Part shown: positions 7,372-15,866 of the stretch, piece after piece
How the letters are laid out: the number at the start of each line of letters is the position of its first letter
Numbering within the stretch: the stretch's first letter is position 1
Assembly (NCBI GenBank): GCA_015492075.1
Contig: WGFU01000034.1
Coordinates: forward strand, 7,566 to 71,565
Reading direction: 5' to 3'
Length of the DNA: 64,000 nucleotides
Origin: Gammaproteobacteria bacterium
Lineage (GTDB): Bacteria; Pseudomonadota; Gammaproteobacteria; GCA-2400775
The notes under the pieces: generated by a model
Database searches by the model: none
The model's input: only the letters and a program-made list of their open reading frames with translations
Told to the model about the DNA's origin: nothing
Position numbers and translations under genes: made by a program

Positions 7372-8415
7372 ATGATCGACCTGAAAAGAACCTTGATGCT
7401 AGTTAGAGGCGGCTTTTTTGATTCACAGCAGATGTGGCGTAACTATCTTCCTGAGGCTGACAATTGGCACAAGACGGTCTTTCTTCTCACTGGGCCGTTG
7501 ATTATTGCCGCCGCGCTGGCCGCATACGTTTTGGGCTTTCTCGTCAGCGACACTTCGTTTTTGGGGCGCTTTCGCCCGACCATTGTTTCAACCATTCTCA
7601 ATGTCATCATGACGGCGATTGCCGCGGCTGGCGTCGCGCTTGTTGTGAGCGCTTTAGCAGGTGCTTTTGGTGGTAAAAATAGCTTTGCACGTGGGCTGGC
7701 GGCCACGACTTTCGCCTTTATTCCTGGATATCTCGGGCAGGCGCTTGTCTGGCTGCCATGGATCGGTGGCTTGTTGGCGTTAGGCTTGTTTGTTTATGCG
7801 CTGATACTGTTGTGGAAAATTATTCCAATATATCTTGATGTGCCGGATGAGAAGCGAGCCGGTCATTACATCCTGTCATTGCTGGCGACGTTTGCAGTGG
7901 CGTTTATTCTCTCGATGACGATGGGTCGTTTGCTGATACCATCGACGGGCGAGCCAGGCGCGAGTTCATCCTTGAATACTGGATTTTTAGGTAGTATCAC
8001 AGGCCAGGCGGAACTGATTGCGGCAGCTGAAGAGGACACATTCACCCCACCTTCCGATGGTCGGCTCAGCGAAAAACAAGTGCGCGAGTACCTTCGCGTT
8101 ATGAAACGTACGGAAGAGTTACAACAACAAAAAGCAAAGCAACTAAACGAGTTGATGGAGAAGACAGATAAGCAGGAAGAGCTGTCGCTAAGAGATCTGG
8201 GTAGAATGATGAGCGGTATTGGCGAGGTCGCCGGGCTTCAGACCTTGGAAATCGAAGTGGTTAAATCCGCGGGCGGCAATTGGGCCGAACACCAGTGGGT
8301 TCACCAGACTCTGAGAACCGCATGGATACAAAAAGACATTAATGACAGCGTTGCGCACAATTATAAGCTGTATCAAGATCACGAAAAAGCGCTCTCGAGC
8401 TATGTGACGCAGTGA
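7372..8415 (+). CDS. Yip1-family polytopic membrane protein with a soluble C-terminal domain of about 145 aa and unknown function
   Basis: ATG 7372 is preceded by GGGAGGGG and is preferred over GTG 7321. Five hydrophobic helices (residues about 35-200) are arranged as in Yip1/DUF1282 proteins. The C-terminus is charged and helical (EKQVREYLRVMKRTEELQQQKAKQLNELMEK…). Confidence 0.5.
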   Translation: MIDLKRTLMLVRGGFFDSQQMWRNYLPEADNWHKTVFLLTGPLIIAAALAAYVLGFLVSDTSFLGRFRPTIVSTILNVIMTAIAAAGVALVVSALAGAFGGKNSFARGLAATTFAFIPGYLGQALVWLPWIGGLLALGLFVYALILLWKIIPIYLDVPDEKRAGHYILSLLATFAVAFILSMTMGRLLIPSTGEPGASSSLNTGFLGSITGQAELIAAAEEDTFTPPSDGRLSEKQVREYLRVMKRTEELQQQKAKQLNELMEKTDKQEELSLRDLGRMMSGIGEVAGLQTLEIEVVKSAGGNWAEHQWVHQTLRTAWIQKDINDSVAHNYKLYQDHEKALSSYVTQ

Positions 8416-8476
8416 TTACTTTCTATAAATCAAATGACGGGTTTGGCCTGAAACAAGAGTGGCTTTGTTTATGCGT

Positions 8477-8962
8477 TTATGCAATAAGATATCTGCCGCC
8501 AGCCGCTATGGCGACGACTAGCAAGCCTAGTACCAGATTGGTTTTTATCAGTATGCGAATTTGATTGAGTTTTGTCGCCCCTGTTTGCCAGTCGCTAATC
8601 GTTATTGCTTGTTGTAAGCGACGAAACGGGCCATAGTAAACATGCAAAAATAGTAGCATCATTATTATGCCAAGTGCGAGCATAAGATGCACATGGTAGC
8701 CAACAGCAGCGAACCCGCCGAAGTGGCCAAACACCATCCACAGGCCGCTACCGAGCAGTATTAATATTGCCATCCACACCCATGGAAAAAAGCGTTTAAA
8801 CACCTGTGACCACAGTGGCAAGCGTAACGGTGGTTCGAGTAGGCTCGCTGCGACAGGGCGCAGGGCGATATAGGCGAAGAACATTCCGCCGACCCAGACA
8901 ACCGCAGCGAGCAGATGCAGGCTAATAGCCAATGGCATTATAAGCTCCACGAGGTTTGGCAA
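8477..8962 (-). CDS. CopD-like small integral membrane protein (4 TM)
   Basis: 161 aa (alternative start at 8938). LHLLAAVVWVGGMFFAYIALRP and the later helices resemble short CopD-family proteins. The call is by pattern only. Confidence 0.45.
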   Translation of the reverse strand: MPNLVELIMPLAISLHLLAAVVWVGGMFFAYIALRPVAASLLEPPLRLPLWSQVFKRFFPWVWMAILILLGSGLWMVFGHFGGFAAVGYHVHLMLALGIIMMLLFLHVYYGPFRRLQQAITISDWQTGATKLNQIRILIKTNLVLGLLVVAIAAGGRYLIA

Positions 8963-9078
8963 AGCAGTGCATCATATCGGATGCCAAATAGAATGTCAGA
9001 AATGTTCGTGTGTCATTAGGCTCGACGATATCGTCGAGCACGGTTTCTGGCCGTTTGTTTATCCTGGTTTTACCTGAG

Positions 9079-9252
9079 CTAGGTATTGCACTTTTTGCGC
9101 GGCGCAAACAGCGCGATGAAGACATAGATCCCGACAAAGAACAGCAAAGACAAAGCGACAAACCAACCATTATTATAAAGTCCGGCAAAGCTTGCCATCG
9201 CTGCGAAAAATGCGAGTCCAGTTAGGAATGCAAAGTGATCCAGTTTACCCAT
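9079..9252 (-). CDS. 57-aa two-TM membrane protein (hypothetical)
   Basis: An internal ATG at 9252 has GAGGAT about 9 nt upstream. Product is MGKLDHFAFLTGLAFFAAMASFAGLYNNGWFVALSLLFFVGIYVFIALFAPRKKCNT. The overlapping ORFs 8922-9188(-) and 9010-9225(+) look spurious. Confidence 0.4.
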   Translation of the reverse strand: MGKLDHFAFLTGLAFFAAMASFAGLYNNGWFVALSLLFFVGIYVFIALFAPRKKCNT

Positions 9253-9389
9253 GATGCTTCTATCCTCGTCAAATGATACAAAGGCTTTCTCCAAGAGGGG
9301 AAGCATTCTACCATGAACAGGAAAAAGGCCAAGTCAGCGCTGCTGGTTTGCTGATATTAGGATAAAAATCAATAAGTTATCGTTTTTTG

Positions 9390-10238
9390 TTAGTGGTCAC
9401 AACGTATTAAAGAGAAGGTTTCGGCAAGTTGGGTGTTGGCGTCATCGATCACTGAGCCGAGTAATTCAACGGCGCAACCTGAATTATCCCAGGCCTCATG
9501 GTCAAGTGCCGGGATGACTTCGTCATTGCTTGATTGCAAGGTGGTGGTGATGAGATTGGCTAAGTGGACAATCGCCGTTTCGCTGCTTTTGTCGTTACTG
9601 TTTGCGGGAAAGAGGTGATGTTCAATCGATGTTTCGATATTTTTTGGTAGTCTCCACTGGCGTATTAGTTCACCGCCAACGTCGGCATAGTTAAAGCCGA
9701 TGACATCGTTTTCGGCTTTATAGAGTACCTCGCCATTAAACTGAACACGGCTGATGGCTTCGCGTGACAGTTCCGGGATTTTTTTATAAATCACCAATGC
9801 GCCGATTTTATGCAGCATGCCGGCGACAAACAATCGTTCCCGGTTTTTTTTGTTGCAACGGCTGGCGATGGCGCGCGCGACCAAACCACAATAAATGCTT
9901 TGGCGCCAGAATTGGGTCATATTGACCAGGTCACTAGGAATTCCGGTGAACATGCGTGTCACGGATGTGGCCAGTACGAGATCACGTAATTCTTGCATGC
10001 CGATGATAGCCACAGCGCGTACTACGGTGGAGACCTGCGAAGGGAAACCGTAGAACGGGCTGTTGACAAGCTTGAGCAGTCTCGTTGTCAGACTGGGGTC
10101 ATTGCGGATGATTTTACTGATATCGTTGATGGAACAATAAGGGTCATCAACCAGATCATTAATTTGGCTGTAGATTTCGGGCAGCGAGTTGAGTTCGACG
10201 CTACCGACGATAAGTTCATGCGGATTAAGTTGTGCCAT
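9390..10238 (-). CDS. HDOD domain-containing signalling protein
   Basis: 282 aa. LPSLPEIYSQINDLVDDPYCSINDISKIIRNDPSLTTRLLKLVNSPFYGFPSQVSTVVRAVAIIGMQELRDL is a textbook HDOD N-terminal half. Start overlaps the upstream stop (TAATG). Confidence 0.8.
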   Translation of the reverse strand: MAQLNPHELIVGSVELNSLPEIYSQINDLVDDPYCSINDISKIIRNDPSLTTRLLKLVNSPFYGFPSQVSTVVRAVAIIGMQELRDLVLATSVTRMFTGIPSDLVNMTQFWRQSIYCGLVARAIASRCNKKNRERLFVAGMLHKIGALVIYKKIPELSREAISRVQFNGEVLYKAENDVIGFNYADVGGELIRQWRLPKNIETSIEHHLFPANSNDKSSETAIVHLANLITTTLQSSNDEVIPALDHEAWDNSGCAVELLGSVIDDANTQLAETFSLIRCDH

Positions 10239-10537
10239 TATTCGTTGTTGACCTGGTGCAACCAGATTTTTTTTAGCTCGTTGATGAAAGGGTGTTTATC
10301 ATCATTTTTGCGAAATCGCTGTGCCATCATTTCCAGCAATTCGGTGTTGGTGTCGTGATCTTCGGCAGTGGCTGCCGAATGGACATTAACTTCGGTAATG
10401 TCACGTGTTTTCAGCAGTTCAATATGCAGTACCGACAGCGATGATCCTGCGGTAACGAGGATTTTATTCTCTGGCCCGATGACGTCGGCGGCCAACACCA
10501 TTCCAGGTTCTACTTTGGTCAGTTCTATTTGCGGCAT
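10238..10537 (-). CDS. 99-aa protein resembling the small N-terminal module of HD-GYP/HDIG proteins
   Basis: ATG at 10537. MPQIELTKVEPGMVLAADVIGPENKILVTAGSSLSVLHIELLKTRDITEVNV follows the L.PGM.LA.DV...G..L...G..L....I..L pattern. The longer track ORF (to 10777) is an unsupported extension. Confidence 0.5.
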   Translation of the reverse strand: MPQIELTKVEPGMVLAADVIGPENKILVTAGSSLSVLHIELLKTRDITEVNVHSAATAEDHDTNTELLEMMAQRFRKNDDKHPFINELKKIWLHQVNNE

Positions 10538-10658
10538 CGGTAGGTTACATACGTTATGCTTTGAGTTGATCGGTCTATCATGTTGCGTTAGCGGCAAGCT
10601 GTATCGTAATGTAAAGGTTATCGGGCGGATTGATGGCAAACTTGAGTGGTGGCTAAGT

Positions 10659-11453
10659 ATGAGTTGGTGGGGAAAGATTGTCGGTGGCGCTTTTGGATTC
10701 GCCTTGGGTGGCCCGTTGGGCGCATTGATGGGCGTTGCATTGGGCCACAATCTCGATCGTGGTTTGGGAAAATTCACGGTGCTGGAAGGCGGTCTCGACC
10801 AAGCGTCTCATGAACGCGTGCAAATGGCATTTTTTACCGCAACGTTTGCGGTTATGGGGCATATAGCCAAGGCTGACGGGACGGTTTCGGCGCAAGAGAT
10901 CGATATGGCCAAGCAGGTTATGTCGCGTATGAGCCTCAATAGCGATCAGCGAAAATTGGCCCGTGACTTGTTTCGCCAGGGCCGCGACGATACTTTTCCT
11001 TTGGATGAGGTCATACAGCAATTTCGCCGTGAATGTCATCGTCGCACTACCTTGCTGCGCATGTTTATGGAAATTCAAATCGCGGCGGCTTACGCCGACG
11101 GGCATTACAGCGCCCCCGAGCGAGATCTCTTGCGCCGGATTTGCCAAGGTATAGGTTTTTCTGATCATGAATTTGTTCATCTTGAGGCCATGGTTAAGGC
11201 CCAGTTCGAGCCGCAGGCCGCTGCCGGTCCAGCACGACTATCGTTGCAAGATGCCTATGCTGTGCTCGATGTTTCAGCAGAGGCCAGCGATGCCGAGGTG
11301 AAAAAGGCCTATCGGCGGTTAATGAACCAGCATCATCCGGACAAGTTGGTGGCAAAGGGCTTGCCAGAAGAGATGATGAAGCTGGCGGCTGAGAAAACCC
11401 ACGAGATCAAACAGGCCTATGAAACGATAAAAGCGCAGCGTGGCATGCGCTGA
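10659..11453 (+). CDS. djlA: co-chaperone DjlA (membrane-anchored J-domain protein)
   Basis: The MSWWGKIVGGAFGFALGGPLGALMG anchor fixes the true start at 10659. TerB-like middle region. C-terminal J domain (AYAVLDVSAEASDAEVKKAYRRLMNQHHPDK). Confidence 0.85.
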   Translation: MSWWGKIVGGAFGFALGGPLGALMGVALGHNLDRGLGKFTVLEGGLDQASHERVQMAFFTATFAVMGHIAKADGTVSAQEIDMAKQVMSRMSLNSDQRKLARDLFRQGRDDTFPLDEVIQQFRRECHRRTTLLRMFMEIQIAAAYADGHYSAPERDLLRRICQGIGFSDHEFVHLEAMVKAQFEPQAAAGPARLSLQDAYAVLDVSAEASDAEVKKAYRRLMNQHHPDKLVAKGLPEEMMKLAAEKTHEIKQAYETIKAQRGMR

Positions 11454-11525
11454 TTCAAAGTGTTGTTCTGTGATGAGTTATAATCAATAAAATATGCCGA
11501 TCAAGTCACTTAATCGAGGGAATGT

Positions 11526-12149
11526 ATGACCTTAGCGCTTAGCAAACGACCTGGGATGACATTGTTTTGCTATGCGCTGTGTCCGCGTTGTCACCGTACA
11601 CGTTTGGCCATTGCGGAAAAGAACATTGTTGTTGATATCGTCGATGTTGAAGATGGTGATTATCCTGAGGATTTGCTCGAACTCAATCCTTACCAGATGT
11701 TGCCGACACTGGTTGACCGTGAACTCGCTTTGTACGATTCGCGCTTAATCATAGAATATATTGATGAGCGTTATCCGCACCCTCCGCTGATGCCGATTGA
11801 CCCGGTAGCACGCGCCAAGACACGATTGCTACTTTACCGTATCGAGCGTGATTGGTATTGTGCGTTAGACAAGTTGGAGCGTGGTAGCCAGGCTGAAATG
11901 GCCGAAGCGCGGCGCTCAATTTGTGACGGCTTGGCAGTATTGGCTCCCATGCTGAGCCAGGCGCCTTATTTTATGAGTAATGAATTCAGCGTCGTTGACT
12001 GTTATTTGTCACCGCTGCTGTGGCGTTTGCAACATTATGACATCAAATTGCCAAAAACGGCGCAGCCGGTTTTGCAGTATGCCGAAAGGCTGTTTGCCAG
12101 GAAGGCGTTTCAGTCGAGTTTATCCGTACAAGAACGAGAATTACGTTAG
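11526..12149 (+). CDS. sspA: stringent starvation protein A
   Basis: 207 aa, collinear with E. coli SspA (…MTLF…LNPYQMLPTLVDRELALYDSRLIIEYIDERYPHPPLMP…). Confidence 0.9.
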   Translation: MTLALSKRPGMTLFCYALCPRCHRTRLAIAEKNIVVDIVDVEDGDYPEDLLELNPYQMLPTLVDRELALYDSRLIIEYIDERYPHPPLMPIDPVARAKTRLLLYRIERDWYCALDKLERGSQAEMAEARRSICDGLAVLAPMLSQAPYFMSNEFSVVDCYLSPLLWRLQHYDIKLPKTAQPVLQYAERLFARKAFQSSLSVQERELR

Positions 12150-12162
12150 TGAGAGTAGCTTT

Positions 12163-12555
12163 ATGACAGCACCAGCCATGACATCGTCGCGGCCCTATCT
12201 CATCCGGGCGCTATATGAATGGATTAGTGAAAACGATTTAACACCTTATGTATTGGTCGATGCCGATGCGCCATCAACGATAGTGCCACGGGATTATGTC
12301 GAAAACGGAAAAATTGTGCTTAACATCGGTGGTCACTCGGTACAGGGCCTAAGTCTCGGTAACGACGTTGTCGAGTTCAGTGCGCGTTTCTCCGGGCAAG
12401 CGATGCAAATTAGTGTGCCAGTGGGCGCAATACTGGCTATTTACGCTCGTGAGAATGGCCAGGGTATGGTTTTTAACGAAGAAGGCAATTCAACGCCACC
12501 AGTCTCTCCTGATCCGCCAAAGTCAGGTAAACCGCATCTAAAACTAGTTAAATAG
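12163..12555 (+). CDS. sspB: ClpXP specificity-enhancing factor SspB
   Basis: ATG at 12163. SRPYLIRALYEWISENDLTPYVLVDA is the hallmark N-terminus, and the C-terminal KLVK-type tail is present. Sits downstream of sspA. Confidence 0.9.
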   Translation: MTAPAMTSSRPYLIRALYEWISENDLTPYVLVDADAPSTIVPRDYVENGKIVLNIGGHSVQGLSLGNDVVEFSARFSGQAMQISVPVGAILAIYARENGQGMVFNEEGNSTPPVSPDPPKSGKPHLKLVK

Positions 12556-12783
12556 CAAGAGATTGCATGGGGGATATTGCCCTGGGGAGTGTTTATAATC
12601 GGCTGCCTGTTGCAGGAGACTTGACCGTGTGCACTTTGGCTCGGTTGCGCAGAGCCTGTTCACGAATCACAGAACTCGGTCTGCGCACTTGCACTATGAG
12701 TCCAGTGCTAAACCCAAAGCTATTCAGCGCTGATTCGAGAGAGTCACTTTTCGCTTAAGTCAGTCATGATGAAATATCTGGTG

Positions 12784-12817
12784 CGCTGGCAATAGACGAA
12801 ACTCTCTATTGCCAGCG
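12784..12817. terminator. 13-bp perfect hairpin in the convergent sspB/dolP spacer
   Basis: CGCTGGCAATAGA (12784-12796) pairs with TCTATTGCCAGCG (12805-12817). Loop is 8 nt. There is no clear U tract on either strand. Confidence 0.4.
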
Positions 12818-12845
12818 ACGCTATCGTACCGGTTTTCCGTCAATC

Positions 12846-13424
12846 TTAATCAAGGTATTCAAAGATCTTGACGACGCGCTTAACCCCTTTGATCTTGCTG
12901 GCGCGTTGAGCGGCACGCTGGCCCTCGTCGCGCTTGACAATACCCATGAGAAATACAGTTCCTTTTGCTGTCACGACTTTAATGTGAATGGGGTTGAGGT
13001 TTTTTTCCCCGGCAATGGCAGTTTTCACCTTGGCGGTAATCCAGGTGTCGTTAGAGCTGCGGCCAAATGATTTGTGGTCTCCAATAGTGATTTCATTGTG
13101 AACACGCGATACTTTTTCGACTTTGCGAGCGATGGATGCGGCGCGTTGACGCAAATTCTCATTCGGCGCTTCACCGGTAAGTAAAACAATATTGTTATAA
13201 CTGGTAGCACGAACGCGAGCTGTTTCCTTTAGTCCTTCATCTTCGCTGAACAGGTTGTTGATTTTGAACTCGATGGTTTGGTCTTCGACCACGGTGCCGG
13301 GTGTGCGGCGCTCGATTGTTGCGGTGGTGACGCCAGCTGCGGCACCGGCGACGACAAGAGGGGCACAGCCATATTGAGTGAGACAAAGTAAGGCAATAAG
13401 GGTGGTGGTAATGATACTGTTCAT
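12846..13424 (-). CDS. dolP: BON-domain outer-membrane lipoprotein DolP (YraP)
   Basis: 192 aa. Lipobox LTQYGC and two BON-like repeats (…VRATSYNNIVLLTGEAP…, …IKVVTAKGTVFLMGIV…). Part of the lpoA-yraN-dolP cluster. Confidence 0.8.
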   Translation of the reverse strand: MNSIITTTLIALLCLTQYGCAPLVVAGAAAGVTTATIERRTPGTVVEDQTIEFKINNLFSEDEGLKETARVRATSYNNIVLLTGEAPNENLRQRAASIARKVEKVSRVHNEITIGDHKSFGRSSNDTWITAKVKTAIAGEKNLNPIHIKVVTAKGTVFLMGIVKRDEGQRAAQRASKIKGVKRVVKIFEYLD

Positions 13425-13477
13425 GGGCCGAGTCGCTCCTGTGCAATAACGGTCTTAGAGGATGGGTTGCGCCTGTT

Positions 13478-13867
13478 TCAGTCGAGACAAGCATCAAAGG
13501 CGTCTTTTAACCAACGAATTTTAGCATTGTTATGCGCCATGTGTTGAGCATAGTTTTCAATCAGCACCGCATCGAAGCGCATGGACACTTCGTCATGCAA
13601 GCCATGTTCCTGGCTATAACACTGCGCAGTGCGGGTAATGCGCCGTTGCTTGTAATAATCAATGGTTTCTGCGGCACTGCCAAAATCATTGCGGCTGCGG
13701 TAGCGTACTTCGACAAAGACCACTGTATCGCCATCATTCATGACGAGGTCAATTTCGCCCCAGCGACTGCGGTAGTTGCAAGCCCTCAGTTTGAGGCCTT
13801 GCTGAACAAGATAACGTGCTGCGGTGGATTCGGCGTTGGCGCCCAGTTTGAGATGGTCTGCACGCAT
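13478..13867 (-). CDS. yraN: YraN family (UPF0102) endonuclease-like protein
   Basis: 129 aa. GANAESTAARYLVQQGLKLRACNYRSRWGEIDLVMNDGDTVVFVEVRYR is typical of the family. Start overlaps the lpoA stop. Confidence 0.8.
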   Translation of the reverse strand: MRADHLKLGANAESTAARYLVQQGLKLRACNYRSRWGEIDLVMNDGDTVVFVEVRYRSRNDFGSAAETIDYYKQRRITRTAQCYSQEHGLHDEVSMRFDAVLIENYAQHMAHNNAKIRWLKDAFDACLD

Positions 13868-15804
13868 TATAGCAGTGGGATAGCGTGCTTGACTGTTGGT
13901 TCTGTCAACTCAACCGCAAGGCCATTACTAATTTTTGCCCAAGAGAGTTGTCGGTGTATGCGCCTTTGCTCGTCCATACTCAAAAGACCGGTTTCTCCTT
14001 GGTAAGAATAGTATTTTGACTGATGCAGCGCGTTGATATGCGGAATAAGTTTGAAAGCATCGGCGCCCAAGGCGTAAAGACGGAGCAGCTTCTGACTGTT
14101 TTGTGGCCATAGCTGCGTGACGTATTGGCGAATACTTGATGAAGTCGGATCGATAGCCCAGCGTGTATCACAAAACATTACGTCGTTAAGGTCGCGATCA
14201 GCGTTTGCATCGGCTATTCCTGTAAAAATATGTGAGCTGGAATAGACCGGTATATCGCGCGCGTGGTGGAAATTAAGCTGGGGTTTTAACAGGCGCCCCT
14301 GACGCGGAAATGCGGCCAGAAAGATAAAGTCAACGTCATGACGACGGCGTGGTTCGAAATGTAATGTTAAGCCCAATTGTTGCTGCAGGCTGCGCTTGCG
14401 CGTTTGGCTTTGATTTAACTGTAGCATGCTGCGTAACGGCCGCGAGAAATCGTTGCTGTTGGCATCGTAGTTTTTACTTTCGACAATGAGCCCGCCCAGA
14501 GATTGCCAGCGGTCGGCAAAAGCGGTTTGCATGCGTTGCCCCCAATCACCTTTTGGCGTCAGTGTAATGGCCTGGGTGTGGCCATCATTCCAGGCACGTT
14601 CTGCCACCTGGCGCGCTTCATCCTCGGGTGAAAGACCGAACTGAAAAAACAGGCCGTGGAGCGTGTCAACGCTGCTAACATAGTTCAGCGCAAGCACGGG
14701 GACGGATAGGTCGCTGCGAAAGGCAAGTGATTCTATCGCGTCTTTGCTCAGTGGGCCGATAACGAATTCCGCTCCCTCATTGACGGCATTTTGATACAGC
14801 GTATAAATGTCATCCCGAACTTGGCCATCGGCGGTAGTGACATCGTAGATACGAATGGTTGGTGTGTTGGTGTGATCATCTTGATAATAAGCGCTTAGAA
14901 AGCCGTCACGTATGGCCTTGGCTGCATTCGCCAGAGGCCCGCGTAAGGGTAATAGCAAAGCAATGCCGGAAGGTCGATAGGTTGCCAGGTTCTGGCGCGC
15001 GAGCACACTGTCAATGATGAGCTTATTGGCGGGGTGTGAGGGAAAAAATTGATGCCATTGGCTGATATTATAATTGGTTTGTTGAGGGGAACCTTTTGCA
15101 ATAATGGCTAATTGCAGCCAACCAAGAACATCGCTATCGAAGGCATTGGCTTGTGCGCTGCGCAGATCTTCTAGTGGTGCTGACAGTAGCAATTGCCATA
15201 ATGTTTGTTGGTTAAAGTGTCTGCCTTGGTCGTTTGCAAGTAGCTTGTCGAGTGCGATATGTGAGCGCGCCGCCGCAATAGGTTTGTTTAAGGCGTTAAA
15301 GGTGGCAATACGCAGCTGGTGAATTTTTTGCTGCGTTGGCGTGTCAGTATGTTCAGGAATACTAAAATCGAGTGCGGTTTGCGCGCGCGCATAATCGCGT
15401 TTTTCCAGCGCAAGATTGGCCACCAGCAGTTGTCGCTGAAGCAATTGCCGGGTGTCAAGGCGGCCGACATCCAGCTCGGATAACAGCTCGGCGCTGGCCT
15501 CACTTCGCCCGGCACGAAAATAGCTTTGCGCCGCTTTGATCAGCCATTCGTATTTAAGGCCGTCGTCGCCGCTGGTCGCGGCCAGTTGTTTGTAAAGTTC
15601 AGCTGCTTTATCGTAGTCGCCTGCTTGTTCTGCGGCAAAGGCCAGTTTTTGCGAGGGTGTTATGTCCGTATCGGGTTTCGTCGCAGTGCCAGTGCAAGCG
15701 CTGAGCAAAAAAATAGCAAGCAGGGCGACTAGCACATAGAACAGGTGTCGTGGACTAAAACCCGTTACTGGCCGGGCGCGGTTGAACCTTCTTAATGGGG
15801 GCAC
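13867..15804 (-). CDS. lpoA: penicillin-binding protein activator LpoA
   Basis: 645 aa. Lipobox LLSAC, N-terminal TPR-like region and a C-terminal periplasmic-binding-protein-like domain. Divergent from rsmI, as in E. coli and Pseudomonas. Confidence 0.8.
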   Translation of the reverse strand: MPPLRRFNRARPVTGFSPRHLFYVLVALLAIFLLSACTGTATKPDTDITPSQKLAFAAEQAGDYDKAAELYKQLAATSGDDGLKYEWLIKAAQSYFRAGRSEASAELLSELDVGRLDTRQLLQRQLLVANLALEKRDYARAQTALDFSIPEHTDTPTQQKIHQLRIATFNALNKPIAAARSHIALDKLLANDQGRHFNQQTLWQLLLSAPLEDLRSAQANAFDSDVLGWLQLAIIAKGSPQQTNYNISQWHQFFPSHPANKLIIDSVLARQNLATYRPSGIALLLPLRGPLANAAKAIRDGFLSAYYQDDHTNTPTIRIYDVTTADGQVRDDIYTLYQNAVNEGAEFVIGPLSKDAIESLAFRSDLSVPVLALNYVSSVDTLHGLFFQFGLSPEDEARQVAERAWNDGHTQAITLTPKGDWGQRMQTAFADRWQSLGGLIVESKNYDANSNDFSRPLRSMLQLNQSQTRKRSLQQQLGLTLHFEPRRRHDVDFIFLAAFPRQGRLLKPQLNFHHARDIPVYSSSHIFTGIADANADRDLNDVMFCDTRWAIDPTSSSIRQYVTQLWPQNSQKLLRLYALGADAFKLIPHINALHQSKYYSYQGETGLLSMDEQRRIHRQLSWAKISNGLAVELTEPTVKHAIPLL

Positions 15805-15866
15805 ACTGTTTCCTTATAAACTAAATCGCGTAGCGTGTTGGGCACGTTAGCGCGTGGGGGGTAAGA

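Noticed and set aside
10368-10658. Long N-terminal extension of the djlA ORF, and the reciprocal extension of the minus-strand ORF to 10777
   Set aside because: The two extensions overlap each other, look non-protein-like and lack SDs. The DjlA membrane anchor MSWWGKIVGG and the MPQIELTK start define the real genes, leaving a normal divergent promoter region.
12567-12758. 63-codon plus-strand ORF in the sspB/dolP spacer
   Set aside because: It has no SD, and its Arg/Cys/Leu-rich composition is typical of translated structured or non-coding DNA. The region is reported instead as a possible RNA locus.
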